Positions 9,188 to 18,971 of a DNA stretch of 64,000 nt are shown in pieces. The number at the start of each line of letters is the position of its first letter. Positions within the stretch are counted from its first letter, which is position 1. The notes under the pieces were generated by a model. It saw nothing but the letters and a program-made list of their open reading frames with translations. It was not told the origin of the DNA and did no database searches. The DNA comes from Candidatus Bipolaricaulota bacterium (GTDB taxonomy: Bacteria > Bipolaricaulota > Bipolaricaulia > UBA7950 > UBA9294), in contig JAUVYF010000001.1 of the NCBI GenBank assembly GCA_030603215.1, forward strand, positions 9,257-73,256. Reading direction: 5' to 3'. The translations under genes and the position numbers were made by a program.

Positions 9188-10261
9188 TTATGCGAGAGCT
9201 TGAAGGAGGCGCCTGATAATCGCAGCTGCTTGTTCCATATTGGCGATTGCAATCCATTCTTCGTTGGAATGTTCCTTTTTGCCGCCGTAACCAAGGACAA
9301 CAGAGGTGATTCCTCTCTTGCTTAGAACAAGTGCGTCCGTTCCTCCAGTAATTACCGCGGTTTTTGGCTGAAAGCCAGCAGAAGCAATTACTTGCTTGGC
9401 AACTTGTACCACTGGCGCCGTATCCGAAATCTGGAAAGCCTCATATTCTAGGTCAAGATCTACCTTAACCTTTGCTCCAAACTCATTTGCCGCTTCTTCG
9501 AACGCATCTTTTATTATTTCAGCCTGACGCATGCACTTATCATGGTTAAGACTGCGACATTCAGCTTTTATCGTGGCCTTCTCTGGTACACCGTTTCGAA
9601 TCATTCCCCCTTGGATGATCCCTATATTGGCGGTGGTTTCTTCATCGATGCGCCCTTCGGGCATTGAAGTGATGGCCTTAGCGGCAACGCGAATTGCGGA
9701 GATCCCTTTCTCCGGCTCCATCCCTGCATGGGCAGCCTTTCCAATGATCTCGATATCGATTGACATATGAGATGGTCCGCCGATAATTATTGTGTCAGGC
9801 TCGTCGCCATCAATGATAAACCCCATTTTGGCCTGCAGCATAGAGCAATCAACGTTCTTGGCTCCTACCAGGCCGATTTCCTCACTGCGGGTAATAAGGA
9901 TTTCTATTGGTGGTCGCTGCTCCGCGGTAAGTACTGCTTCAAAGATCTCCGCAATTCCAGCTTTATCATCAGCTCCAAGGACTGTATCTCCCGCCGAGCT
10001 GATTATGCCATCCTTGATGATTGGCTCGATGCCTTTTCCGGGCTTTACTGTATCAGCATGTGAACACAATAGAACTGGTGTGGTTTTTTCTGAGTTTTTC
10101 CCTGTGACCCGGGCAATCAAGTTCCCAAAAGCATCCAGCGCGCACTCTGCCCCAAGATCTTTCTCAAATAGTTCTTTCAGATAGTCGATGAACTGAGCCT
10201 CATCACCTGACTCACTGTCGATTCTTACCATGTCACAAAACTGCTTGGCGATGCGTTGCAT
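9188..10261 (-). CDS. M20-family metallopeptidase (peptidase T-like)
   Basis: SHADTV, LGADDKAG, SEEIGL, GGTDA and EHS metal-ligand motifs. Confidence 0.9.
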   Translation of the reverse strand: MQRIAKQFCDMVRIDSESGDEAQFIDYLKELFEKDLGAECALDAFGNLIARVTGKNSEKTTPVLLCSHADTVKPGKGIEPIIKDGIISSAGDTVLGADDKAGIAEIFEAVLTAEQRPPIEILITRSEEIGLVGAKNVDCSMLQAKMGFIIDGDEPDTIIIGGPSHMSIDIEIIGKAAHAGMEPEKGISAIRVAAKAITSMPEGRIDEETTANIGIIQGGMIRNGVPEKATIKAECRSLNHDKCMRQAEIIKDAFEEAANEFGAKVKVDLDLEYEAFQISDTAPVVQVAKQVIASAGFQPKTAVITGGTDALVLSKRGITSVVLGYGGKKEHSNEEWIAIANMEQAAAIIRRLLQALA

Positions 10262-10280
10262 GTAGCGCCCCTCCTTTAGG

Positions 10281-10580
10281 TTATCTCTTCTTTGCTTCCT
10301 TCACGAACCGGATGACGAGTTGGGTAAGGAAATCGTAGAATGCCTTTCTGTCGGCCATGACAAGGCCTTGTTTTTCTTTCACTTGCTGGACAACCTCTCT
10401 TAAGAAATTGTCGTCATATTTCGTAGCCCCCAGTGTTGCTAACTTGCTGAGTACCTCAAGGAGACGTAACGGTCCATAGTCCTTCGGTTCATCCTTTAGT
10501 TTTTCTGCACTTGCCGCAATGTAAGTACATATACCAAATAATTCACCTTTCTCCATTATACCTCCTGATATCTTTCCCAA
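10281..10580 (-). CDS. DUF6092-like small protein
   Basis: YIAASA...EPKDYGPLRLLEV motif; recalled family resemblance. Confidence 0.6.
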   Translation of the reverse strand: MGKISGGIMEKGELFGICTYIAASAEKLKDEPKDYGPLRLLEVLSKLATLGATKYDDNFLREVVQQVKEKQGLVMADRKAFYDFLTQLVIRFVKEAKKR

Positions 10581-11101
10581 GATGTTATCTGTGAGAGGTC
10601 TTGCCTCTGCGGTGCGATAGGATGCTCGTTCGGGAAACCGAGCGCGACGAGCAAGATAGGCAAGATGCCATCTGGTAGCTCCAATAGTTCCTTTATTCCA
10701 GCTTCAGAAAAGGATGCTACTGCACAGGAGCCAAGATTCAAAGAATGAGCCATGAGCAGCATGTTTTGCACTGCCATAGCCGCTTCTTCAGCGGCAAGGA
10801 TTGGGCTCAATGTTTCTCCGAAGTTTCTCGTGCGTCTTTGGTCTGAACAAACTGCAATGGCAGTTGTGGCTTCTCCGGGGAAACCAGGGGAAAGGGTCTT
10901 AAGCGCCCCGAATTGCTTGGCTTCCTGGATCACGATAAATCGCCAGGATTGTACATTGCTAGGAGTAGGAGCCCATTGCCCCGCTTCTAAGATCTTCATG
11001 AGCATCTCCCGGGATACTTTCTCATCGGTATATGACCGTATGCTCCTTCTTTCCTTAATGGTTTCGAAGTTGATCTGTTCTTTGTTCTGCTCCATGATCA
11101 C
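10556..11101 (-). CDS. Nitroreductase family protein
   Basis: RRSIRSY, WAPTPSNVQSWRF and AVQNMLLMAHSLNLGSC. Confidence 0.92.
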   Translation of the reverse strand: MIMEQNKEQINFETIKERRSIRSYTDEKVSREMLMKILEAGQWAPTPSNVQSWRFIVIQEAKQFGALKTLSPGFPGEATTAIAVCSDQRRTRNFGETLSPILAAEEAAMAVQNMLLMAHSLNLGSCAVASFSEAGIKELLELPDGILPILLVALGFPNEHPIAPQRQDLSQITSWERYQEV

Positions 11102-11246
11102 TCCTCTTCGTCTTGTGAGATTCCTTGCCTAATCTCCTTAGGTTAGATCTGCAGGGCCTCCATTGTCTTTATGGGTACGCCGGATAGATGTGCTTTCTTC
11201 TGTCAACATCTTGAGATAACAGTCAGGTCAAAAAAAGTGACGTGTT

Positions 11247-12359
11247 CTAACCAAGTTGTCTAATCCTGCTGTTCTTCTCAATTGGTCTGTACGGAATTTC
11301 ATACCTGAAGTGTTTCGGCCCAAAGAGTTCCAGTCCCCTTGATGACCGCCACAACTCTGGGGATGGATAGCCAACGACTGCCACTTCCCTCGCCTTTTTG
11401 CAGTTCGGGTTCGTGATCGCCTCCCCAGTCTTTGGATCGAGTACGCAGATGAGGTCGGGCACTGTCACATCGGGCTCATCATCGTACCATGAGACAATGT
11501 GCTCGTTCTTGTACCAAATACGATAGTGATGACCATGGTCATCCGCTTGGCCGGAGATGGTCAATTCACCGATGGTGAACCCCTCCTCAAACTTCCAATC
11601 GGCTTTTGCCACCTCTCCCTCGAACAAGAAGAACCCGTTGCCTGCACTGACCGCTGCTTGCACCGGATCGGCGCCGGAGGACCGAGCCTCCCGAACGGCC
11701 TTGCCGATGGTAAGTGCAGTGGTTAGCGTTCCCGGAACCACTGACATCTTCAGCGCCTTTCCGACCATCGGATGGTCGGTCACTCCCGCTCGGTCGTCGC
11801 TTACCACGGCGACCGCGCGCACGATCGCTTCCGCTCGATAATCATCGGAAACCTCTTTAACGATCAGCACATCACCCTTCGCGGTCGCTACGGCCAACGG
11901 AGCGATCGGCACGTCCTTGATGCAAAACGTCGTTTGCTGCAACTCGGGCACCGAACGACCAGCAGGATCGGCGTCGACGATAGGGATGCCCTGCCTGGCG
12001 GCGACACAGAGCGCGGCCGCGGTGTTTCCGCCGCCGATTTCCGTGGCAATGGCGGCAAAGAATGGTCGCCCCAGATCGGCTTCCAAGGCCTTGAATGCTT
12101 CCAAGCATTCCATTTCCTCATCGCCCTGAGAGGTGCTTGTGCCCACGCCCTCTGGAGAGACGCTGCCACACATGTACGGCGAGGCAACCAATGCGTCATC
12201 AGGGACTTCCTCAAGGCCGATCAATTTGAACTCTCTACCAGCTGCCAAGTTGCTTTGGATGAGCCGGAGTCCCCGGGTGGGACTCCCACCACCACCTGTT
12301 CCTAGGATAGTGCAGCCTCGAATCATGTCTTCCAGTTGTTGCTCGTCTAGCGTGTGCAT
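11247..12359 (-). CDS. DUF917 family protein
   Basis: LGTGGGGSP, EIGGGN, VDADPAGRSVPEL, KNE, PDLIC and FGPKHF motifs. Confidence 0.88.
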   Translation of the reverse strand: MHTLDEQQLEDMIRGCTILGTGGGGSPTRGLRLIQSNLAAGREFKLIGLEEVPDDALVASPYMCGSVSPEGVGTSTSQGDEEMECLEAFKALEADLGRPFFAAIATEIGGGNTAAALCVAARQGIPIVDADPAGRSVPELQQTTFCIKDVPIAPLAVATAKGDVLIVKEVSDDYRAEAIVRAVAVVSDDRAGVTDHPMVGKALKMSVVPGTLTTALTIGKAVREARSSGADPVQAAVSAGNGFFLFEGEVAKADWKFEEGFTIGELTISGQADDHGHHYRIWYKNEHIVSWYDDEPDVTVPDLICVLDPKTGEAITNPNCKKAREVAVVGYPSPELWRSSRGLELFGPKHFRYEIPYRPIEKNSRIRQLG

Positions 12360-12378
12360 AGTATGTCCCTCCTTATGC

Positions 12379-13236
12379 TTATCTTCTCTTGCGTCTCATC
12401 TTGGGATCAAGGATCTCCCTAAGCCCATCTCCCACTAGATTGAATGACAAAACAGCGATAAAGATGGCCAGACCAGGAAAGGTGACAATCCACCAATGGG
12501 TGAGGAAAAATGTCCGTCCTGTGCTGACCATTAGGCCCCATTCGGGTGTGGGAGGTTGTGCACCCAATCCCAAGAAACTGAGAGCAGCCGAGGTCAACAT
12601 GATCGAGCCAAAATCCATCGAGGCCTGGATAACGATTGGGGTCAAGCAGTTGGGGAGAACATGTCTGAAGACAATCTTTCCCTGTGATGCCCCCATCGCT
12701 CTGGCCGCTTGTACAAAATCTCTCTCTCGAACCGAGATTGCTTCACTACGCAGTAGTCTTGTGTACCATGGCCACCAGGCGATGGCGATGGCGATCATCG
12801 CATTGACTAGGTTCGGGCCCAACAATGTGGAGATAGCCATAGCCAACAACAGCGGGGGGAAGCTTAGGAATACATCCGTTATCCGCATGATCACTTCATC
12901 GAGCATCCCACCGGAGTAACCGGCCACTACACCCAGCGGCACCCCGATGGTCAGCGCGAGCCCAATCGCAATCGCTCCAACCTGCAACGAGAGCCGAGAG
13001 CCGTATAAGACCCGACTGAAGACGTCCCGTCCCAGCTCATCAGTTCCAAAAAAATGTTGGGAACTAGGTGATAGAAACCTGTTATCAATATGCGTCTCAG
13101 CAGTATCGTGAGGAAAAGGCACGATCAATGGAGCTGTCAAAGCGATCAAGACCAAAAGGAAAACAACTGATAGCCCCATTGTAGTTAGACGATTCTTCAG
13201 TATGAGCCGAACTGTACGAGGTAATCGTTTGGACAT
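12379..13236 (-). CDS. Peptide/nickel ABC transporter permease (DppC-like)
   Basis: GTDELGRDVFSR, FVQAARAMGAS, LSFLGLGAQPPTPEWG. Confidence 0.93.
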   Translation of the reverse strand: MSKRLPRTVRLILKNRLTTMGLSVVFLLVLIALTAPLIVPFPHDTAETHIDNRFLSPSSQHFFGTDELGRDVFSRVLYGSRLSLQVGAIAIGLALTIGVPLGVVAGYSGGMLDEVIMRITDVFLSFPPLLLAMAISTLLGPNLVNAMIAIAIAWWPWYTRLLRSEAISVRERDFVQAARAMGASQGKIVFRHVLPNCLTPIVIQASMDFGSIMLTSAALSFLGLGAQPPTPEWGLMVSTGRTFFLTHWWIVTFPGLAIFIAVLSFNLVGDGLREILDPKMRRKRR

Positions 13237-13238
13237 TT

Positions 13239-14255
13239 CTAACCGAGCCTAACGCGGGGATCCAAGAAAGCTTGGATGAGGTCAACAAGGAGATTCAAGA
13301 CGACATAGGTAAAAGCGATCAGAATTGTCACGCCCATGATCGCTGGGTAATCGACGGATATGATAGCCCTTGAGCCGTATTGACCCAAGCCTGGCCACGT
13401 GAACACGGACTCAATGAGAAAGGTTCCCACCAGCGAATAGGCGAACGTTAGGGCTCCTACAGTGATCACCGGTCCGATGGCGTTTCGCAGGGCGTACATG
13501 CTGAGAATCTTCCGCTCGCGCAATCCGCAAGCCCTAGCCGTTCTGATGTAGTCCTCTCCCAGGACCTCCAACATCGTGGCGCGGGTCATCCGCGCCGACA
13601 GCCCCAAAGGATAGGCCGCCAATGTGATCCCCGGTAGAACGATGTGGGAGAGCGCGCTACCGAACGCGGTGAAATTTCCGGTGATCAATGAATCGAAGAG
13701 GTAGAGCCCGGTGATGTGCTCGATCGGTGCGGTGAAACGCGTCATCATAGCAACACGCCCCGCCAATGGGAATAAGCCGAGCTGTTTGAAGAACACGAGC
13801 TGCAGGATCATTCCCAACCAGAACGTCGGCAACGCAACCCCGACGATCGAAAACAGTCGACTGCCGTGATCTACCATTGTTCCGTCGCGGACAGCGGATA
13901 CAATTCCCAGTGGAATCCCGACAGCAAAGCCAAGGAACATGCCGAAGATGATCAGTTCCAGTGAGGCGGGAAAATAGGTGGTAATATCCTTCAGCACCGG
14001 CTGATGGGTGCGAATGGAGACCCCCCAGTCACCGCGAAGGAAGTTGGCGACGTACTTGAAATAGCGGATATGAACCGGCTTATCCAACCCCAGTTCGATT
14101 CTCGCCTTTTCAATCTGCTCCAGTTTCGCGTGCGGTCCGACCCATCGCATTGCTGGGTTGGAGGGGACGATCACTGTCAACAGGAACGTGAGCACAGATA
14201 CGCCGAACATGACGACTAAGGCCAGTCCTAATCGACGAATGATGTACGCGGTCAT
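13239..14255 (-). CDS. Peptide/nickel ABC transporter permease (DppB-like)
   Basis: LGLDKP, DYIRTARACGL, ESVFTWPGLG. Confidence 0.93.
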   Translation of the reverse strand: MTAYIIRRLGLALVVMFGVSVLTFLLTVIVPSNPAMRWVGPHAKLEQIEKARIELGLDKPVHIRYFKYVANFLRGDWGVSIRTHQPVLKDITTYFPASLELIIFGMFLGFAVGIPLGIVSAVRDGTMVDHGSRLFSIVGVALPTFWLGMILQLVFFKQLGLFPLAGRVAMMTRFTAPIEHITGLYLFDSLITGNFTAFGSALSHIVLPGITLAAYPLGLSARMTRATMLEVLGEDYIRTARACGLRERKILSMYALRNAIGPVITVGALTFAYSLVGTFLIESVFTWPGLGQYGSRAIISVDYPAIMGVTILIAFTYVVLNLLVDLIQAFLDPRVRLG

Positions 14256-14282
14256 ATATCCTCGGTTGTCCTAACAGCTTTT

Positions 14283-14314
14283 AAAAAACGAGCGGGGAGT
14301 GATGCTCCCCGCTC
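14283..14314 (-). terminator. Intrinsic terminator or attenuating hairpin after the binding-protein gene
   Basis: Minus strand reads GAGCGGGGAG-CATCA-CTCCCCGCTC followed by GTTTTTT. Confidence 0.75.
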
Positions 14315-14328
14315 TGGCTGAGCTACTG

Positions 14329-15912
14329 TTACTCTTCCCGGTAGCAATCGTACCAGAAGACGACGTGCGTGTAGGCAGGGTTGTCGACATATCCCTTGAG
14401 GGACGTCCGCACTGCCCGCATCGAACTCATGTCGTAGATCGCTACCCCAGCCGCATCCGCCATGAGGATGTTCTGGGCTTCCACGTACAGCTGTGTGGCT
14501 GCTTGTCTGTCAGACAGGGCCTTTTCCTTTGCCGCGTTGATCAGGGCATCGAAAACCGGGTTGCTGTAGTAGGAGAAGTTGAACAGAATGGGCTGAGTCT
14601 CGAACATCGCGCTCAAGAAGGAATGGGGATCGGCGTAGTCCGGCCACCAGTAGAACAGCAAGATGTCCTGTCGATCATTTGGATCAGCGGCGGCGCCCAG
14701 ATCGACCTGCGCCTCCCACGGCATCCCTCTGATCTCCAGCTCAACGCCCAGCTTGGTGAGTTCCGACTTCCACAGCTCGGCGGTTCTTCGTTCGTTCTCG
14801 TCGCCGGCCACGTAGGTCAGCACGACCTTGAACCCTCCGTCCGGATAACCGGCCTGTTCGAGGAGCACCTTGGCCGTTGCAGGACTGAAAGTATATTGCT
14901 TCACTTGGTCCGAGTTGCCCCACAGGCCAAAGGGGATAACACCGCGGGACTGCCGGGCGTAGCCGCCCATGACCCCCTCAATGACGTCATCGTAAGGAAG
15001 GGCGTACGCGAGCGCTTTTCGCACCAGCGGATTGCCGATCGGTTCGTCTGTGCTCTTTGCTGTGTTGAACAGGGCGAGCAGGTTCTGGAACGACGGCACG
15101 CTGACGATCTCCACACCGGGGACCCCTCGCAGCGCTTCCAACTCGGACGCGGCCAACCGTTGGGTGAAGTCCGCCTCGCCGGATTCGACCATCAGCCGTC
15201 GTGTCCCTTCCTCGGGAACCCATTGGAACACGACCTTGTCGAAGTGTTTGCCTTCCCAGCCTCCCCAGTAATCATCGAACTGCTTCAAGATGACGAGCGT
15301 GTTCCCCTCGTTGCTCTCGATGGTATAGGGCCCGGTTCCCGAATCGTTCCCCTCGTAGAACCAGTCGCGGTCTGAGTTATCTGGGTCGAAGATGTGCGCG
15401 CAGTAGGCCGCCGACGCGGCTATGTCGAGCGGCGCAGGGTAGCTGAGATGGAACACGACCGTGTATTTGTCCTTTGCTTCGATCGACTCCACCGGATCCC
15501 AGATGTAGAAAGCCCCTTTTTCGCCGGCGATCGTCCGGTCGATGGAGAACTTCACCGCCTCCGCGTCCATCTCTCCGCCGGTGTGGAACTTCACACCCTT
15601 TCTTAAGTTGAACGTCCACGTCAATCCATCCGCCGAGCTCTCGTAGCTTGTCGCCAGTACAGGCGTAAACTCACCCGTAACCGAATCGTAGCGCACGAGG
15701 GTCTCGTACAGGTTGTTCATAACGATGACCTCATTGGAGAACCCTTCACTGGGATCCCAGAAGACCACAACCTCGCTGGAATTCACATAGACCCCGACTT
15801 GAGGCTCCTGCGCTGAGACGATGGTGACGCAAGCAAGAAGGACGGACAGCAACACAGACAACCCTACAACACCATGCCAACTCACTCTACCTTTCTTTTT
15901 AAACATCGACAT
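14329..15912 (-). CDS. Peptide ABC transporter substrate-binding protein (family 5)
   Basis: Signal peptide; LYETLVRYD, WTFNLRKGVKFH, GTGPY, VRKALAYA. Confidence 0.93.
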   Translation of the reverse strand: MSMFKKKGRVSWHGVVGLSVLLSVLLACVTIVSAQEPQVGVYVNSSEVVVFWDPSEGFSNEVIVMNNLYETLVRYDSVTGEFTPVLATSYESSADGLTWTFNLRKGVKFHTGGEMDAEAVKFSIDRTIAGEKGAFYIWDPVESIEAKDKYTVVFHLSYPAPLDIAASAAYCAHIFDPDNSDRDWFYEGNDSGTGPYTIESNEGNTLVILKQFDDYWGGWEGKHFDKVVFQWVPEEGTRRLMVESGEADFTQRLAASELEALRGVPGVEIVSVPSFQNLLALFNTAKSTDEPIGNPLVRKALAYALPYDDVIEGVMGGYARQSRGVIPFGLWGNSDQVKQYTFSPATAKVLLEQAGYPDGGFKVVLTYVAGDENERRTAELWKSELTKLGVELEIRGMPWEAQVDLGAAADPNDRQDILLFYWWPDYADPHSFLSAMFETQPILFNFSYYSNPVFDALINAAKEKALSDRQAATQLYVEAQNILMADAAGVAIYDMSSMRAVRTSLKGYVDNPAYTHVVFWYDCYREE

Positions 15913-15996
15913 CCCTCCTTTTTGAATACTTAGCCAATATTCTTTCTACTTCTGCTTCTGCCATCACCTCCCTATTGACTTACTTTTGGTAGTTGC

Positions 15997-16707
15997 TTAA
16001 TACCCTTTAATCTTGTCATAACGAGCGGACAGATACAAACCGCCGCGATGGTGCCGCAACCCCAACTTGACGAGGAGTTCCGCCATCTTGAACGTCGTTG
16101 CCGCCGGTTCAACCAGAGGCATGGAAAGTCGCTCGCGGACGGTCTGGGCTACGGACACCATCCCAGTGCATCCCAATACGATGACCTCTGCCCCGTCTCT
16201 TTTGATCGCCGCTGTCGCGGCTTCAACGATCGCGGCGGCGGTCTTCTCGGGTCCTTTCTCCAGGTCGAGCACGGGGACGTCGATGCCGATTGCGGAGGCG
16301 AGTCTTGACTCAATGCCCAGTTTCCTTGCCTGCCAGCCAACCCAGTAGGGTGTGTTGGGCAGAACGGAGACGACAGAGAATCTGGCCCCCAGATGGAGGG
16401 CGACGGACATCGAGGTCTCCGCGGGTCCGAGGACGATCTTGCCGGTGATCTCCCTGGCGGCATCAACGGCAGGATCGGCAAAGCAATTGACTACGATTGC
16501 ATCGACCGTATCGTGTTTTTCTCTGACCAGCCGCAGGATCTCAGGCCCGGCGTAGACTGCGTCGTGAAAGGTCTCGATCGATGTTGGTCCTTTCTGAACG
16601 CGTGCTACCTCTACTTCTGTTTCCGGATCAGCAAGTCGCTGGAAGTATTCTCTATCGCCCTTCAGCAGCTCTTCACCGGTAACCGGACTGATGACCAAGA
16701 TTTTCAT
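15997..16707 (-). CDS. Asp/Glu/hydantoin racemase family protein
   Basis: GPTSIE, NCFADP and VLGCTGM, with both catalytic cysteines. Confidence 0.9.
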   Translation of the reverse strand: MKILVISPVTGEELLKGDREYFQRLADPETEVEVARVQKGPTSIETFHDAVYAGPEILRLVREKHDTVDAIVVNCFADPAVDAAREITGKIVLGPAETSMSVALHLGARFSVVSVLPNTPYWVGWQARKLGIESRLASAIGIDVPVLDLEKGPEKTAAAIVEAATAAIKRDGAEVIVLGCTGMVSVAQTVRERLSMPLVEPAATTFKMAELLVKLGLRHHRGGLYLSARYDKIKGY

Positions 16708-16720
16708 GCGCCTCTCCTTT

Positions 16721-17401
16721 TCACTGTACGCATTCCCTCAACGTCAAAGCCAATAACGATCGGACTAGGATGACCGGTGTTCCTGTTATCTCACGCACCT
16801 GCCCTTTCATCTCTAGGCTGTAGCCGAAGCAATCCATGACCACAAGAGCGACCTTTTCCTTCAACCGGTTGGCGGCGTTGAGAATCTCATTCCCGTTGGC
16901 GTATGGGGAGGCGCCAACCACTATCGGCTCAAAGCCCAGTTCTTGATAGACTACTATGGTTGCGCCCACCTGCTTTTCCGAGGGGACCATTACTCCAAGC
17001 TCCCCCTTGATCGAGATTGATGAGAGTACACCGGACAGGAGGTTTGCCGGAAGAATCAACGGGGCTTCGGAGCGAAGAGGCGGAAACTCATCGGAACAGA
17101 GAAGCGCGATGATATCTGCGCCTTCACCGTTCAGGTCAAGAATCGCTTGCTGCACCCGAGGGCAAATGCCGTGCTTGTCCACTGCCACCTCTGTGCCATT
17201 CCGCAGTTTGGTTACAAGGTGATCCTTCTCTTCTGTCGGCCGCAGACCCGCTATCTCATCGGCAGTCAGGCCATCGAGTGCGCCCTTTTGCAGGAAAGTG
17301 ACAGTCTGCGACATTCGGCTGTCTTTGATGATCCTCTCAAGCTCTGCGACCACGTCGCTTATTGGCGACTGGCCGATTGTCACCACTCCCATTGTTCTCA
17401 C
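16721..17401 (-). CDS. AroM family protein
   Basis: GVVTIGQSP, GALDGL, LVTKLRNG, ASPY, MDCFGY. Start placed at the GTG overlapping the upstream stop, shorter than the ORF-track call. Confidence 0.85.
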   Translation of the reverse strand: MRTMGVVTIGQSPISDVVAELERIIKDSRMSQTVTFLQKGALDGLTADEIAGLRPTEEKDHLVTKLRNGTEVAVDKHGICPRVQQAILDLNGEGADIIALLCSDEFPPLRSEAPLILPANLLSGVLSSISIKGELGVMVPSEKQVGATIVVYQELGFEPIVVGASPYANGNEILNAANRLKEKVALVVMDCFGYSLEMKGQVREITGTPVILVRSLLALTLRECVQ

Positions 17402-18174
17402 GCTTGTTCTCTCGATTGACGCCTGGGAATGCAAAAAGCCCGCTTGCTCTGTGTTAGCTGCATATCGATCAGATCCTCGCAAAGTTTCAACGCAGCGATT
17501 CCAGGGACGACCACCGGAGCGCCCAGTCTCTGAATCTCTTCGGTTGGGACAAGCATACTGCCGCAGCCAAGTACTATGGTGTCTGCCCCGTCCTCTTCGA
17601 TTGCTTTTGTTGCCTCGCTCAGCAATCTGTCGGCCTGTATCTGTTTTCCCCTTTCCAGTTGCCGGATTGGAAGAGCGACGGACCGCACAGACGCACATTC
17701 GTCTGCAAAACCGTACAGTCTCAATAGATCCTTGATGTCGGTGAATGCACAGTCAGCTGGGCCGGCACTGATGATGGAGAACGCCGTTCCCAGAAGAGTT
17801 GCGAAGTGTACGCTCGCCTCGCAGAGCCCTACGACGGGGATTTCCAAGCGTTCCTTGGCGGCCCGCAATCCCGGATCGTCGAAACAGTAATCGATCACGC
17901 CGTGGTATCCCTCTTGCTCGGCGCGCTCGGCCTCACGGACGAGGAACGTCGCGGCAAAGACTTCGTCATAACAGCACTCGATTGCCTTTGGACCGTCCTT
18001 GATATTGACGATATCGATCTGCGTGTTTGCGTCCTTGTAGCCCTCAAGCAATTTCCTTGCAGGTGCATTCCACTCGTCGGTGGAAACTGGAACCACAATC
18101 CGTATTCTCTTCTTCCTTACTTTGCCCTGCAAGCACGCTCCCTTCTGTTCATTGCCACAGCTCTGCCGCCCCAA
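17398..18174 (-). CDS. Asp/Glu/hydantoin racemase family protein
   Basis: GPKAIE, YCFDDPG, VLGCGS. Confidence 0.88.
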   Translation of the reverse strand: MGRQSCGNEQKGACLQGKVRKKRIRIVVPVSTDEWNAPARKLLEGYKDANTQIDIVNIKDGPKAIECCYDEVFAATFLVREAERAEQEGYHGVIDYCFDDPGLRAAKERLEIPVVGLCEASVHFATLLGTAFSIISAGPADCAFTDIKDLLRLYGFADECASVRSVALPIRQLERGKQIQADRLLSEATKAIEEDGADTIVLGCGSMLVPTEEIQRLGAPVVVPGIAALKLCEDLIDMQLTQSKRAFCIPRRQSREQA

Positions 18175-18904
18175 GCTGCCATCTCAATATCTCTTCTCTT
18201 GGTGGGGTCTTGTAGGCACCAACCTTGGAATGTGCCCAACCAAATCGGTTCTTGATCTCTACCAAGAATTCGGTGTACTTCACCGCGGCGATTCCCGGAT
18301 CAATAACAGGCACCCCCAAGTCTTGTTGTAACCGTTTGTAGAAACCGTGTGCTCCTGTGCAACCCAGGATGATGACTTCGGCCCTATCGTTTTCAATCGC
18401 TTCTTCAGCCATTTCTCTGAATCGTCTGAGGGTGGCCTGTCTGTCTTGTTGGAGCTCGAGCACTCCGATCTCGGCCGATTTGAAAGAAGCTAATCTGTTC
18501 CACAATCCCGCATTCCTGAGATGGGCTTCCATCTCAGGAATGCAATTTCCGTGGGTGACAAGGACTGAGAACGAATTTCCCAACGTCGCTGCGATGTGTA
18601 TTGACGCTTCACCAGGACCCACGACCAGGATGTTCTCGGTGATCTCTCGGCCTTCCTCAAGTCCCGGATCCAAGAAACAACCGACAATGACCGCATCAAA
18701 GCCTTCGTTCTCGGCTTGTTTGATCATGGCCAGAAGCTGCATCAGGATGGCGGCGCGGTAGATCTTATACTGCAGATGTTCAGGGCCTGTCCCCAAGGAC
18801 CGGTACTTAAGTTGTGTCTGGGCATCCACCACTCGAGTGAGAATCGCCATCTCCTGTGGATCGTCATCCCGAACGGGATTGATATACAGGATCTTCTTCT
18901 CCAT
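18149..18904 (-). CDS. Asp/Glu/hydantoin racemase family protein
   Basis: ILYINP, GCFLDPG, ILGCTG, PVIDP. Confidence 0.9.
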   Translation of the reverse strand: MEKKILYINPVRDDDPQEMAILTRVVDAQTQLKYRSLGTGPEHLQYKIYRAAILMQLLAMIKQAENEGFDAVIVGCFLDPGLEEGREITENILVVGPGEASIHIAATLGNSFSVLVTHGNCIPEMEAHLRNAGLWNRLASFKSAEIGVLELQQDRQATLRRFREMAEEAIENDRAEVIILGCTGAHGFYKRLQQDLGVPVIDPGIAAVKYTEFLVEIKNRFGWAHSKVGAYKTPPREEILRWQLGAAELWQ

Positions 18905-18971
18905 AACGGGGCCTTTCTATTCTGCTAGAGGTGAAAAGCGCAGCCAAGCCGTGTTTCGCACGGTCGGCAGC

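Noticed and set aside
14299..15375. 358-aa plus-strand ORF and similar long antisense ORFs (e.g. 47266..48276, 29276..30034)
   Set aside because: Shadows of well-supported minus-strand genes, with no recognisable motifs.
17402..17698. Apparent N-terminal extension of AroM
   Set aside because: It overlaps the upstream racemase gene; a GTG overlapping that stop gives a normal-length AroM.
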